Counted from the first letter of the stretch, positions 29,230 to 40,049 are shown. The stretch is DNA of 64,000 bases from Bdellovibrionales bacterium (GCA_965203275.1 OZ241865.1:1472001-1536000); one strand, 5' to 3'. Notes: generated from the letters alone by a model not told the origin. A program made the numbers and translations.

Positions 29230-30312
29230 CTATTTAAAGAAACCTGTTTGAGCTTCTAATATCTTTTGATAAATATGATGAGCCTTTGAAGATGAGCTAG
29301 ATGATAGCTTCTTTTTTTTGGCACTTGATTTTTTCTTTTTAGTTGAGGGTGAATTTTCTTGAATTAATGATAGATTATGTGCCTGAAAAGCTTGTTGTAA
29401 ACTAGTTAATTGATCCAGAAGCTTCTTATTCACCAAAGTGCTTGCTTGAGATTGTGACTTTTCCCTTTTAGTTAGCTCTTTTGAAAAAACTTTAAGCTGT
29501 CCTAGAATTTCTTTTTTTTCTGATACAAGTGTTTGAATTTGTTTTTTAAGCTTTTCAACTTGCATAGAATGTTTTTTCTCTGATTGAGATTGACTTTCCT
29601 TGGATGCTATAAGGGCCTTTTCTAATTTTATAAAGTTATTTTTAAGCTTTAGGATATCTTGATTTAGTTTTTGATTTTTAATGAGATACTCTTGAGCTTT
29701 TTGGTTCTCTGCTTCTTTTTGAGTGAGTTGCTTTTGCATTTGACCTGTAGCCTTTTGAAAAGCTTTTTCTTTATCACGTAATTCTGAAGATAATCTTTGA
29801 ATATATTTGTAAGCATCTTTGAGCTGTTTTTGAAAAAGAAATATTTTCTCTTTTTGATAGAGAAGCTCTTTGTTGCCTTGAATAGATTCTTGTTTAATTT
29901 TTTGAATATAAGGCCTGACCCGTTGATGAATGTGTTCTCTATATTTTGCAAGACGAAGAGTATAAGCCCGAAGTTTTAAAATTTGATCTCTCCAAGCTTG
30001 TTTTTTTTCTAAAAAATGAGTGTACTCAAGTGCAAATTGTTTTTCCGTATCAGCTAAGTTATCTTTAAATTGTTGGTGAGAGTTTTGTAACCCTTGATAA
30101 GAGATTTGTAAACTTTGATAAGCTTTTTGAAGGTTTTGTAGTTTTTCTTCTTTATCTTGGTTAGCTCCAGATAGACTTTGGTATTGTGCCTTTAATTGTT
30201 GTATTTGTTTTTCTTTGTTTTTGCAATGGTGTGAAAAAGTAGCCACTTTACTAGAAAGAGTCTTATTTTGTTGAATAAGGGCTTCCATTGTTCTTGTAGG
30301 AAAATCTATCAT
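29230..30312 (-). CDS. Coiled-coil hypothetical protein
   Basis: 360-aa Q/K/E-rich heptad pattern; RBS AAGGAG. Confidence 0.75.
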   Translation of the reverse strand: MIDFPTRTMEALIQQNKTLSSKVATFSHHCKNKEKQIQQLKAQYQSLSGANQDKEEKLQNLQKAYQSLQISYQGLQNSHQQFKDNLADTEKQFALEYTHFLEKKQAWRDQILKLRAYTLRLAKYREHIHQRVRPYIQKIKQESIQGNKELLYQKEKIFLFQKQLKDAYKYIQRLSSELRDKEKAFQKATGQMQKQLTQKEAENQKAQEYLIKNQKLNQDILKLKNNFIKLEKALIASKESQSQSEKKHSMQVEKLKKQIQTLVSEKKEILGQLKVFSKELTKREKSQSQASTLVNKKLLDQLTSLQQAFQAHNLSLIQENSPSTKKKKSSAKKKKLSSSSSSKAHHIYQKILEAQTGFFK

Positions 30313-30396
30313 AAAAAACTCCTTATCTTGATGTTTATAGTTTCATTTTCATTATAAGAAACTCTATCAAAATAAGTAAAGGTTTATTCCAAAAAA

Positions 30397-32325
30397 CTAC
30401 AACGTAGAAATAAGAACTGCAGAAATAATAGCTAACCCTATCAACATATACATAGCATATTGCTGAAGATTGCCGTTTTGTAATTGACTTAAACTAACAC
30501 CTGTTGCCCTAACTATATCCGTCATCTTATACGTAGCCCTATCAATTAAACCTATATCCACAACCTTCCATAACCTTTGGCTTAATCCTACAAAAGGCTT
30601 AACAAGCCATTTGTCATAAATTTCGTCTATCCAATATTTGTTGACTAAACATCGATATAACCTAGGATATTGTTTTTCTAAGCTAATATTTTGCTTCACC
30701 ATATAAATCCAAAAAGCTAAAACAGCAAACCCTAAAGCAACCAAAACAGACAAAGCCATCATAATAGCTTCTAATAGAACTTCTGGGGGTTGAAGTCCTG
30801 GCACTGCTATCAAAGGCAACCATTCTTCTAAAAAATGTGGGATATGTAAAGGATGCCCTATGAGATGAGGCAAACCCAAATAACCTCCTACCAGTGATAA
30901 AATAGCTAACAATATTAAGGGAAGGGTCATTGTGTAAGGGGATTCATGAGGATGTATTTTAGTATTAGACCTCTTAGTCCAAAAAGTCAAAGACATTAAC
31001 CTTGTCATATAAAAAGCCGTAAGAGCTGCACCGCAAACCCCTAAAAGCCAAAACACAACATGCCCCCTCGGACTATGAAAAGACATCCATAAAATCTCAT
31101 CCTTACTAAAAAATCCAGATAATAAAGGAAAACCAATAATAGCAAGCCATCCTATAACAAAAGTTATATACGTGATGGGCATTTCTTTTTTAAGCTGGCC
31201 CATTTTACGAATATCCTGCTCTCCATTTAAAGCATGGATCACACTTCCTGCTCCTAAAAACATCAAAGCTTTGAAAAAAGCATGAGTCATCAAATGAAAT
31301 AAAGCTGATGAAAAAGCCCCCACACCCACAGCTAAAAACATATATCCTAATTGAGATACAGTAGAATAAGCTAAGATTTTTTTAATGTCGTTTTGAGCCA
31401 CTGCAATAGAGGCAGCAAAAACTGCTGTGAAAATACCTACCACTGCAATAACAGTCATAGCTAAAGGAGTCAGTAAATAAAACGCATGAAGCCTCACAAT
31501 CATATAAATACCAGCAGTTACCATAGTGGCTGCATGAATTAAAGCCGATACAGGCGTTGGACCTGCCATAGCATCAGGGAGCCATGTATAAAGTGGAATC
31601 TGTGCTGACTTGCCTGTAGCCCCTATAAATAATAATAAAGCTGCTAGAGTGATCCACAAAGGGGTAGCTTCCTGATCTAAAAGTTGCTCTGTTGCAAAAG
31701 CATGGATCTGTGTAAATTCTAAACTTTCTGTATAAATAAAGATGAAAAACATACCTAAAAGCAATGCTGCATCACCTATGCGGTTCATCACAAAAGCCTT
31801 CATCCCAGCAGTCGCTTTTTGTGGGTCAGAAAACCAAAAACCAATGAGCAAATAAGAACACAATCCCACTCCTTCCCAACCAATAAACATCACAGGCAAG
31901 TTAGAAGCTAACACCAAAATCAACATATTAAATATAAAAAGATTAAGGTAAGAAAAGTATTTTGCAGGGTTTTTATCTTCATTCATATAACCTATACTAA
32001 AAAGATGAATCAATGTCCCTACACCTGTGATGATCAAAACCATCACTATGCTTATAGGGTCTATAATAAAAGAGGCATTGATTTGGAAGTCTCCTACAGA
32101 AATCCATTGAAAAAAATGAGCTACAAGTTGTCTTTGATCAGATGCTTTTGCTAAAAGTCTTACAAAAGCCCAAATGCCACAAACAAAAGAGGCTAACACT
32201 GCACAAGTAGCTATCACACCAGAAGTTTTAGATGTAGGAAATCGTATGGCTTTCAAACCACAGATGAAAAAACCAACAAGAGGGCATAAAAGCAAAAGAG
32301 CTATAATTATTTCTTCTCTTATCAT
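30397..32325 (-). CDS. nuoL: NADH-quinone oxidoreductase subunit L
   Basis: WEGVGLCSYLLIGFW, GKSAQIPLYTWLPDAMAGPTPVSALIHAATMV. Confidence 0.97.
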   Translation of the reverse strand: MIREEIIIALLLLCPLVGFFICGLKAIRFPTSKTSGVIATCAVLASFVCGIWAFVRLLAKASDQRQLVAHFFQWISVGDFQINASFIIDPISIVMVLIITGVGTLIHLFSIGYMNEDKNPAKYFSYLNLFIFNMLILVLASNLPVMFIGWEGVGLCSYLLIGFWFSDPQKATAGMKAFVMNRIGDAALLLGMFFIFIYTESLEFTQIHAFATEQLLDQEATPLWITLAALLLFIGATGKSAQIPLYTWLPDAMAGPTPVSALIHAATMVTAGIYMIVRLHAFYLLTPLAMTVIAVVGIFTAVFAASIAVAQNDIKKILAYSTVSQLGYMFLAVGVGAFSSALFHLMTHAFFKALMFLGAGSVIHALNGEQDIRKMGQLKKEMPITYITFVIGWLAIIGFPLLSGFFSKDEILWMSFHSPRGHVVFWLLGVCGAALTAFYMTRLMSLTFWTKRSNTKIHPHESPYTMTLPLILLAILSLVGGYLGLPHLIGHPLHIPHFLEEWLPLIAVPGLQPPEVLLEAIMMALSVLVALGFAVLAFWIYMVKQNISLEKQYPRLYRCLVNKYWIDEIYDKWLVKPFVGLSQRLWKVVDIGLIDRATYKMTDIVRATGVSLSQLQNGNLQQYAMYMLIGLAIISAVLISTL

Positions 32326-32335
32326 TTTATCTCAC

Positions 32336-32653
32336 TTATCCTTTTAAGTTTTCAAAAAGTCGTATATGGATGCCTCCAAATCTTTTGAAAACAGCTACAG
32401 CAATGGCTAAGCCTACAGCTGCTTCAGCAGCAGCAATAGCCATAACAAAAAAGACCATCACCTGTCCGTCCAGATGATTCATAAAACGACTAAAGGCAAC
32501 AAAAGTCAGATTGACTGCATTTAACATCAGTTCAATAGACATCAAAACAACAAGTGCATTTTTCCGCAACAAGACACCTAAAAAACCTATAACAAAAAGC
32601 ATTGCTGATAAAATCAAGTAATGTGAAAGCCCTACTTCTATCCAATCATGCAT
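32336..32653 (-). CDS. nuoK: NADH-quinone oxidoreductase subunit K
   Basis: [20 protein letters not shown]. Confidence 0.95.
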   Translation of the reverse strand: MHDWIEVGLSHYLILSAMLFVIGFLGVLLRKNALVVLMSIELMLNAVNLTFVAFSRFMNHLDGQVMVFFVMAIAAAEAAVGLAIAVAVFKRFGGIHIRLFENLKG

Positions 32654-33161
32654 GAGTCCCTCCTTTGCCTTTAGCCAAAGCAATAGCTCCCACAAGAACA
32701 ACCAATAACAGAACTCCTATAGCTTCAAATACAAAAACATATTTTGTAAAAAGTTGAACAGCTAAACCCTTTGCTGCAATCATTGCAGCTGTGTTGATTT
32801 CAGTCAGTGGAGTTTGAGGAATAGCAGCAAAAATAGCCCCTATAATAGCTGCCAGTAAAAGAGACGTCCCTGAAATTTTCAGTACATTACTGAAAAGTCC
32901 CCTGACAAATGCCCTTTTTTCTTCTTGCAGGTTAAAGATCATTAAAATCATTACGAACATCACCACAACAGCACCTGCATAAATAATAACCTGAACACCC
33001 GCAATAAAATAAGCTTCTAATGTGAAGAAAAGGCCAGCCATACCTAACATACAAATGGCTAAGGCTAAGGCACAATACAAAGGGTTAGGCAAAAGCACAA
33101 CAGCTAAAGCCGAAGCAAAAGTTACAAAAGCTAGTAAAAAATAAATACCCTGTAATATCAT
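32646..33161 (-). CDS. nuoJ: NADH-quinone oxidoreductase subunit J
   Basis: [24 protein letters not shown]. Confidence 0.93.
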   Translation of the reverse strand: MILQGIYFLLAFVTFASALAVVLLPNPLYCALALAICMLGMAGLFFTLEAYFIAGVQVIIYAGAVVVMFVMILMIFNLQEEKRAFVRGLFSNVLKISGTSLLLAAIIGAIFAAIPQTPLTEINTAAMIAAKGLAVQLFTKYVFVFEAIGVLLLVVLVGAIALAKGKGGTHA

Positions 33162-33239
33162 TGGACTTACATTGGACCTATTATTACCTAATTTCGTTAA
33201 TCTTCATCTACCCATACGTACCTTTTTTAGAAATACGGC

Positions 33240-33836
33240 GTTGTTTCACTAAAAGTGGTCTAGCCTCTGGCTACTTTCTAGGCGATGACCACGATGGCTT
33301 TCGCCATCGATAAAATGGTCATCGCCTAGAAAGCGTGACCACTTTTAGTAGGAAGGATCCTCTCGTCTCTTAACTACATGTTAAGGAAACAAGACTTTCA
33401 CTTTATCCCTGCCTGTCTGATGCCGGGTTGCCAGATCCCGGATCCCAGATCCCGGAAAAAGGATTCTCTCATATCTTTATACCATGTTAAGGAAACAAAG
33501 CATTCGTTTTTTTATTTTTTTATTCTTTTTAGATTCTGCGTAACTCTCAAAAAGATGAAGAATATTATGAGTGGGAGGCGGGGGCAGGCTGGAGGAGTTG
33601 TTTCACTAAAAGTGGTCTAGCCTCTGGCTACTTTCTAGGCGATGACCACGATGGCTTTCGCCATCGATAAAATGGTCATCGCCTAGAAAGCTTGACCACT
33701 TTTAGTAAGAAGGATCTCCTCGTTTTTTAACTCCATGTTAAGGAAAAAGTTCTTTCTTACACCTCTCGGCTTTCGCCATTGGCAAAATGGTCATTGCCCA
33801 AAAACATGCCAGAGGCATGATGCATTTTGAGTGAAA
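33240..33836. repeat. Two palindromic elements (33243-33350, 33598-33707) plus fragments
   Basis: ACTAAAAGTGGTC..GACCACTTTTAGT with CGATGGC-TTTC-GCCATCG. Confidence 0.85.
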
Positions 33837-33954
33837 AAAGCTTTTGATTAAGATGGCTTCCAGTATTTGGTCTTTAAGATCATGTTTTCTATTGACAGCA
33901 ATGAAAGCTAATAAGTATAATAAACACAAGCTTAAAAATGATCACGAGGTTATA

Positions 33955-34626
33955 ATGTTTAAAAAATATGTTTTTATTTTTTTAGGGGTTCTTATGTTTC
34001 AAAATATATCAATCTTAGCACAAGAGGATAAAAAAACACCTAGAGAAACTCAGAAAAAATCTCCTCCACCTTCTATAAACTTAAATAAATTTCAAAGTGT
34101 TATAGCCGTTATACAAACATCTCTTGGAACTATTCAAGCCAATTTATACCATAAAAGAGTCCCTAAAACAGTTGCCAACTTTGTTGAGCTGGCAAGAGGA
34201 CAAAAAGGCATCAAGATCACAGATTCTAAAAAAGGAACAACAACAGTGCCTTTCTATAATGGATTGATTTTTCATCGTGTGATCCCTCAATTTATGATTC
34301 AAACAGGATGTCCTTATGGAACAGGGACAGGAGGACCAGGTTATACATTCGATGATGAATTTCATTCTTCCTTACGCCACGATGCCCCTGGTATTTTATC
34401 TATGGCTAACTCCGGCAAGAATACCAATGGGAGTCAATTTTTCATAACTCTTGCACCAACTCCTTGGTTAGACGACAAACATTCTGTTTTTGGAAAGGTC
34501 TCTGAAGGAATGGATATAGCCAATAAAATTGCAGGTGCTAAACGTAATCCTCTCAATGATAAACCCTTGAAAGATATTAAAATTATAAAACTCACAATTA
34601 AAACAACTCCCATAGCCAAAAAGTAA
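33955..34626 (+). CDS. Cyclophilin-type peptidyl-prolyl isomerase, exported
   Basis: FHRVIPQFMIQ, LSMANSGKNTNGSQFFIT, HSVFG. Confidence 0.95.
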   Translation: MFKKYVFIFLGVLMFQNISILAQEDKKTPRETQKKSPPPSINLNKFQSVIAVIQTSLGTIQANLYHKRVPKTVANFVELARGQKGIKITDSKKGTTTVPFYNGLIFHRVIPQFMIQTGCPYGTGTGGPGYTFDDEFHSSLRHDAPGILSMANSGKNTNGSQFFITLAPTPWLDDKHSVFGKVSEGMDIANKIAGAKRNPLNDKPLKDIKIIKLTIKTTPIAKK

Positions 34627-34976
34627 CTATTGACCTTGCAACAATCAGTAACAATCCAGTAAAAATCAATATATCTATAAAAAAAGACCTACAAACCCAC
34701 AAAAGCATATAATCTATCAAGTAAAAAGAAAGCTAACTTATTAAATCCAACAAAAATCTTTTTCTTTATTATCATTGGCTTTTGAATTTGTCATAATAAA
34801 CATTCTTTCTTTTTAAATTGTTTTTTTATACCTGTTATTATACCTGCTTTATAAATCGAACATTGTGTATTGATTTTTTCCTTAAATAAGTATAATGAAA
34901 TAAAAGTAGAAAATCATATAACTTTATTAAACATAATTGAAGGCTTTCTTCACTTTACAAAAATAGGATGTATTAA

Positions 34977-35150
34977 ATGGAGCTTTTACAAATAGTTGTA
35001 ACTGTTATGGTTTTTTTGGTAGCTTAGTTGGCATTGTGCAATTTTATATCGGACCTATTGAACAAAGGATCAAAGATTTTAGAATGAGATTAAAGAACAA
35101 GTCAGCAATCATCTACCTTCACAAATTAGAAGGCTAGAAGACAACATTAT
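34977..35150 (+). pseudogene. Degenerate paralogue of the 479-865 family
   Basis: MELLQIVVTV.. followed, out of frame, by QVSNHLPSQIRRLED. Confidence 0.5.
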
Positions 35151-35214
35151 AATGGATGAGACTTTAATAAGTCTTTTCTTAAAAGTCTCCAATGAGGATG
35201 ATTATAAGGACTTT

Positions 35215-35508
35215 TCATATTTTCTTTATATCATCCATTAAATGAGAAATAACCAAAGCTATTTTAATATTATCCTTCATCATCAAATAAGAAAGGTGAG
35301 TCATAATCCCCCAATACAACTTTCCTTTTTTATTTAATGAATCTAAATAATCCTTTAAGTCCCTTACTTCGTCTATAGGATTTTTAGACTCTTTTAGAAA
35401 TTCATTAACAAATCTTTTTAAAAAAAGCTCTGGATTAATTTCATCCATACGCATCATATAACATAAGGCTTTAATAATATCTTTATATACAGAAAGCGTG
35501 TTATCCAT
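35215..35508 (-). CDS. Hypothetical protein
   Basis: 97-aa ORF with ATG start. Confidence 0.4.
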   Translation of the reverse strand: MDNTLSVYKDIIKALCYMMRMDEINPELFLKRFVNEFLKESKNPIDEVRDLKDYLDSLNKKGKLYWGIMTHLSYLMMKDNIKIALVISHLMDDIKKI

Positions 35509-35615
35509 AAACCCTGTATAGGATTATTTTCTAAGAAAGTCAAAAAAACTATATGGACTTTAGCGATAGTCCCTATGCTCCATCATGCTTAAACTTTAAA
35601 ATTAAAGGATTATGT

Positions 35616-35745
35616 TTATTGAGTACTATCTTGAGTATTAGTCAGCACTTTATTATTATTCATTGTCCACTCGTCGTCTTGACTACCATCTATATCTCCA
35701 GTTGCTCCAATTGTAAAAGTCACAGTATTAAGTAGCTGAAATCAC
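35616..35745 (-). pseudogene. Orphan C-terminal fragment of a pilin paralogue
   Basis: VTFTIGATGDIDGSQDDEWTMNNNKVLTNTQDSTQ* versus pilin VQFQIGATGVIDG..DQWTINEDKQLVNTESGL. Confidence 0.7.
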
Positions 35746-35799
35746 TGGATTTCTAATTTTCAAACCTAATTCCTCTCATTTTTTAGAAAAATATACAGA

Positions 35800-35972
35800 G
35801 AAACAAATATCTTGTTTCCTTAATATCTCACTCAAAATGAGCCACACCTCTGGTTCACTAAAAGTAAACCAACCTCTGGTTGCTTTTGAGGTAGCCAGCC
35901 TTGATGAAGGAACTTTTTCCTGAACATTTCACTCAAAATAAACTGGCCTCCGGCCACTTTTAGTGAAACAAG
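35800..35972. repeat. Fragments of palindromic element ends
   Basis: CACTCAAAA/CACTAAAA..CCTCTGG motifs. Confidence 0.6.
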
Positions 35973-36058
35973 CTTGACATTTCTTTTACTTAATTATAGG
36001 CTATCTTTAATTATTTTATAAGTTCAAACAACAATCTCACTCTTAGTGGAGGTACACT

Positions 36059-36774
36059 ATGTCTATGATCAATCAATTAAAAAAGAATTTATTTATTTAT
36101 TTATTTATTTATTTAGTAATTTAGGCTTTCCAGGAGGTTCTCATTTTGCTTATGGCAATGTGGAGATTTCAGGCCATTTTGGTAAAAAACTCAAAAAATA
36201 TGGAGCATTGAATTTTGGAGCAGACACTCTTTTTTATAGATTATCCTTAGATGAAAACTCTAGTTTTGCATTAGGTGCAAGATATCGTTACTTCTTCGGC
36301 TCAATAGCAACAAATATAAATATAACTGGAATGACTATTGAAACACAAGAAGCAAGAAAACCTCATAAGCATCGCCTAGCTCTTCTAACGAATTACAGAT
36401 TTCTTCTACATAGATCATTTTTTATAGGAGCTATTGCTGGAATAGATATTTGGAAATTTTTAACTCTTACTAACAAAATTAGTGGAAGTTATAAGGAAAT
36501 ACCTGCCAATGCAGATGTGAATATTACAAGTAGTCAGTTTTTATGGAATAGAATCACTGGACAGCTTGCTTTAGAACTGGGATATATGAGTACCTCTAAT
36601 TTCCTAGTCAAATTAGAAGTTGGATATGATATATTTGGCTTTAATAAATATAAAGTAGAAGCTACAGCTACACTGGAGGGAACAGGAACAGGAACAGGAA
36701 GTGATGACGCAGAAGGTGATTTTAATCTCAATGGTGTTTATGCCACATTTGGATTAGGTTATTTCTTTGGATAA
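36059..36774 (+). CDS. Outer-membrane beta-barrel-like protein, out of frame near an (ATTT)7 tract in the signal region
   Basis: GGAGG-ATG at 36059; amphipathic strands; C-terminal GVYATFGLGYFFG. Confidence 0.65.
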
Positions 36775-36970
36775 TCTTCTTTAATTCAGTGTTAGTTAGT
36801 TTGTATTGAATTTAATATACTGTTAAACAATCCTTCTTCCGGGATCCGGGATCCGGCAATCAGGCAACCCGGCATCAGATCATAGAGATGCATATTGATC
36901 GTAATGAATTTTTGCATCTAAAAAATTTCCTCCTGAGCCCTTGGCGGGTTTTCAGAAAGGAGGAAATTTT

Positions 36971-37181
36971 TATGACGATGCAAAAATTCAAAACTTACCA
37001 ATTAGCTACTGAGTTTTATCGTAACTCTAAAAAATTACATCTGAAAGAGTCTCATAGAAGTCAATTTCGAAGGGCTGTTTCAAGTATTGTACTTAACTTA
37101 GCTGAAGGATCTGCTAAGCCTACAGCAAAAGATCGTAGGAAATTTTATTATATTAGTCTTGGCTCTCTAATATCTCAATGA
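36971..37181 (+). pseudogene. Four-helix-bundle protein (23S rRNA IVS protein/bAvd-like), 3'-truncated at a repeat
   Basis: SQFRRAVSSIVLNLAEGS..KDRRKFYYISLGSL; RBS AGGAGG. Confidence 0.8.
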
Positions 37182-37184
37182 AAC

Positions 37185-37362
37185 TCTTTTTCCTTAACAT
37201 GGTGTTAAGAAACGAAGAGATCCTCCCTACTCAAAGTGAACAGGCTTTTGAGACAATGACCATTTTGTCAAAGGCGAAAGCCTTTGCGGTCATTGTCCAA
37301 AAGTGGCCAGAGGCCAGTTCACTTTGAGTGAAACAGAGATGCGGCCCACTTTGAGTGAAACA
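37185..37362 (+). repeat. Uninterrupted multi-stem palindromic element (core 37229-37334)
   Basis: ACTCAAAGTGAAC..AAAGGC-GAAA-GCCTTT..GTTCACTTTGAGTGAAAC. Confidence 0.9.
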
Positions 37363-37436
37363 AACGGCTTGACCTGGTGGATATACGAAATTAAAGATAG
37401 AAAGTTCAAGGAAGGGAATTTGAGAGGGGATAATGA

Positions 37437-38219
37437 ATGCAGTTTGATATTGTAACTATTTTCCCAGAAATATTTACCTCAGAGGGTTTTAAGGGAGTGG
37501 TAGGCCAAGCCATTGCCAATCAAAAGATTTGCCTTAACAAAATAGATCTGCGTAAGTTTTCTGATAAAAAATATAAACAAGTAGATGATCGCCCTTTTGG
37601 TGGAGGGGATGGAATGATCTATCGAGCTGATATTTTATCTCAAGCCATCCGATCTATTCCTAAAAAACCACAATCTTTATCTATTTATTTAACCCCTCAA
37701 GGCAAGTTATTTAACCAAACCTTAGCTAGACAGCTCACTGAAAAGGAGCAAATTATTTTTGTTTGTGGTCGCTATGGAGGAGTGGATGAAAGAATTTTAC
37801 GCACAGATATTGATGTAGAGCTTTCCATTGGTGATTATGTGCTAAGTGGCGGAGAACTAGCTGCTATGGTGGTGATTGATGTGGTCGCTCGATTAAAAAC
37901 AGGAACACTTGGAAATGAAAACTCTATTCAACACGATTCCTTTGGCAAATCAGGCATTGGTCGTTTGTTAGAAGCTCCTCAATTTACCCACCCCAGAGTA
38001 TTTGAAGGCATGAGCGTCCCTGAAGTTTTATTAAGTGGCCATCATCAAAAAATTGCTGATTGGAAAAAGAACCTCTCTATTTTAAGGACACTTTTAAGAA
38101 AGCCTTTTTTAATAGATAGCAGTATTACTGAAGATGATAAAAAAGCTGCTTATGAATTCTATCAAAGCCTATCAGAAGAACAATGTAAAATATACGGGTT
38201 ACCCTTTTGTTCATTTTGA
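37437..38219 (+). CDS. trmD: tRNA (guanine-N1)-methyltransferase
   Basis: VDDRPFGGGDGM, CGRYGGVDER, SIGDYVLSGGE. Confidence 0.97.
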   Translation: MQFDIVTIFPEIFTSEGFKGVVGQAIANQKICLNKIDLRKFSDKKYKQVDDRPFGGGDGMIYRADILSQAIRSIPKKPQSLSIYLTPQGKLFNQTLARQLTEKEQIIFVCGRYGGVDERILRTDIDVELSIGDYVLSGGELAAMVVIDVVARLKTGTLGNENSIQHDSFGKSGIGRLLEAPQFTHPRVFEGMSVPEVLLSGHHQKIADWKKNLSILRTLLRKPFLIDSSITEDDKKAAYEFYQSLSEEQCKIYGLPFCSF

Positions 38220-38299
38220 CATGCTTGTTCTATAAGCCTATTGCTTGTACCTTTACCCATCCGCCCGATGCCGGACTGCCAGATCCGGATAAATTACGA

Positions 38300-39495
38300 T
38301 GTTAAGGAAACAAGAGTTTCATTTGTAAACCCGCTTGCTCTTGAGGTAATAAAAGAAAATTTTCCCTAACATGGTGTCAGAAGCAAGGAGATCCGCTCTA
38401 CTCAAAATGAACAAGCTTTTGAGGTAGCCAGCCTTTTACGACGGCGTGAGCCGTCGGGCTAAACAGCTTATTTCCTTAACATGATGTTAGGAGACGAAGA
38501 GATCCTCTTTACTCAAAGTGAACAGGCTTTTGAGACAATGACCATTTTGTCAAAGGCGAAAGCCTTTGCGGTCATTGTCCAAAAGTGGCCAGAGGCCAGT
38601 TCACTTTGAGTGAAATGTTAAGGAAACAAGAGTTTCATTTGTAAACCCGCTTGCTCTTGAGGTAATAAAAGAAAATTTTCCCTAACATGGTGTAAAGGAG
38701 TAAAAGGATCCTCCTCTACTCAAAATGCATGGATTTTTGAGGCAATGACTATTTTGCCAACGTGAAGTAAACATCTTGTTTCCTTAACATCGTGTAAAGA
38801 GACAAGAGGATTCTTCTTACTAAAAATAAACGGATTTTTGAGGCAATCAGCCTTTGTCGACGGCGAGAGCCGTCGGGCTGATTGTCCAAAAACAGCCAGA
38901 GGCTGGTTTATTTTTAGTGAGACAAACGCGGTCATTGCCCAAGGTGTAAGAAGAAACTTTTTCCTTAACATGTGGTCAAGAGACGAAGAGATTCTTCTTC
39001 CTAAAATTGAACAAGCTTTTGAGGCAATCAGCCTTTGTCGACGGCGAGAGCCGTCGGGCTGATTGTCCAAAAACAGCCAGAGGCTGGTTTATTTTTAGTG
39101 AGACAAACGCGGTCATTGCCCAAGGTGTAAGAAGAAACTTTTTCCTTAACATGTGGTCAAGAGACGAAGAGATTCTTCTTCCTAAAATTGAACAAGCTTT
39201 TGAGGCGGTTAGCCTTTGATCGACGGCGGTAGCCGTCGGGCTGATTGTCCAAAAACAGCCAGAGGCTGGTTTATTTTTAGTGAGACAAACGCGGTCATTG
39301 CCCAAGGTGTAAGAAGAAACTTTTTCCTTAACATGTGGTCAAGAGACGAAGAGATTCTTCTTCCTAAAATTGAACAAGCTTTTGAGGCGGTTAGCCTTTG
39401 ATCGACGGCGGTAGCCGTCGGGCTAACTGCCCAAAAGTAGCCAGAGGCTAGTTCAATTTTAGGGAAACAGAGGCATGATGCATTTTGAGTGAAAA
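38300..39495 (+). repeat. Large cluster of palindromic elements including a ~180-bp tandem array (38836-39425)
   Basis: Apical hairpins at ~38858, 39039, 39221, 39403. Confidence 0.92.
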
Positions 39496-39806
39496 AATAA
39501 GGTTAGGGATAATCCTTTTGTCTCTCAAAACTCCATGTTAGGAAAACAAGGCTTTCACTTTATCCTTGCCCATCTGCCCGCCCGTCCATCCGCCCATCTG
39601 CCTATTCTTCATAACATGCTGTTATAACTAAGTTTTATTTTAAAAAGGATAAAAAAGCTGTAAAAAGCTTAAGAAAAAAAGACCATATTCTTATTATAAT
39701 TAAAGGGCTTAGAAAAGAACTTAGGGTCATCAATACATATTGCAAAAAAAATACTAGACAACGTAATTGTTTGTTTGTAGAATAAAAGTAAAAAAGGATT
39801 TTAAAA

Positions 39807-40049
39807 ATGGCACGTATAACTGTTGAAGACTGTTTAGATAAAGTAGTGAATCGGTTTGATTTGGTAATTTTAGTGGCAAGAAGAGCAAAGGCCTTGTTCA
39901 GAGGGGCAGAGCCTATGGTTCAAAGCAAGGACGATAATAAGCAAGTTGTTACAGCCTTGAGAGAAGTTGCTGCTAATTATGTGAGCTTTGCACACAATGA
40001 GGCATTAGGGACCCCTATTGAGCAAATTGAACGGGACCTCAATCGCTAA
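39807..40049 (+). CDS. rpoZ: RNA polymerase omega subunit
   Basis: MARITVEDCL..NRFDLV..ALREV. Confidence 0.95.
   Translation: MARITVEDCLDKVVNRFDLVILVARRAKALFRGAEPMVQSKDDNKQVVTALREVAANYVSFAHNEALGTPIEQIERDLNR

Noticed and set aside
36888..37181. DGR accessory (Avd) gene implying a diversity-generating retroelement
   Set aside because: No reverse transcriptase and no TR/VR pair with adenine-specific mismatches in the window
37229..37334. Hammerhead ribozyme (three-way junction with GAAAC)
   Set aside because: No CUGANGA core on either strand
38720..39401. Recurrent ORFs such as MIDGGSRRADCPKTARGWFIFSET (also at 5562-5945 and 28684-28959)
   Set aside because: They are translations of the palindromic repeats on both strands, with no RBS
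38836..39425. Possible CRISPR array
   Set aside because: Units are ~180 bp and near-identical throughout, with no unique spacers and no cas genes in the window
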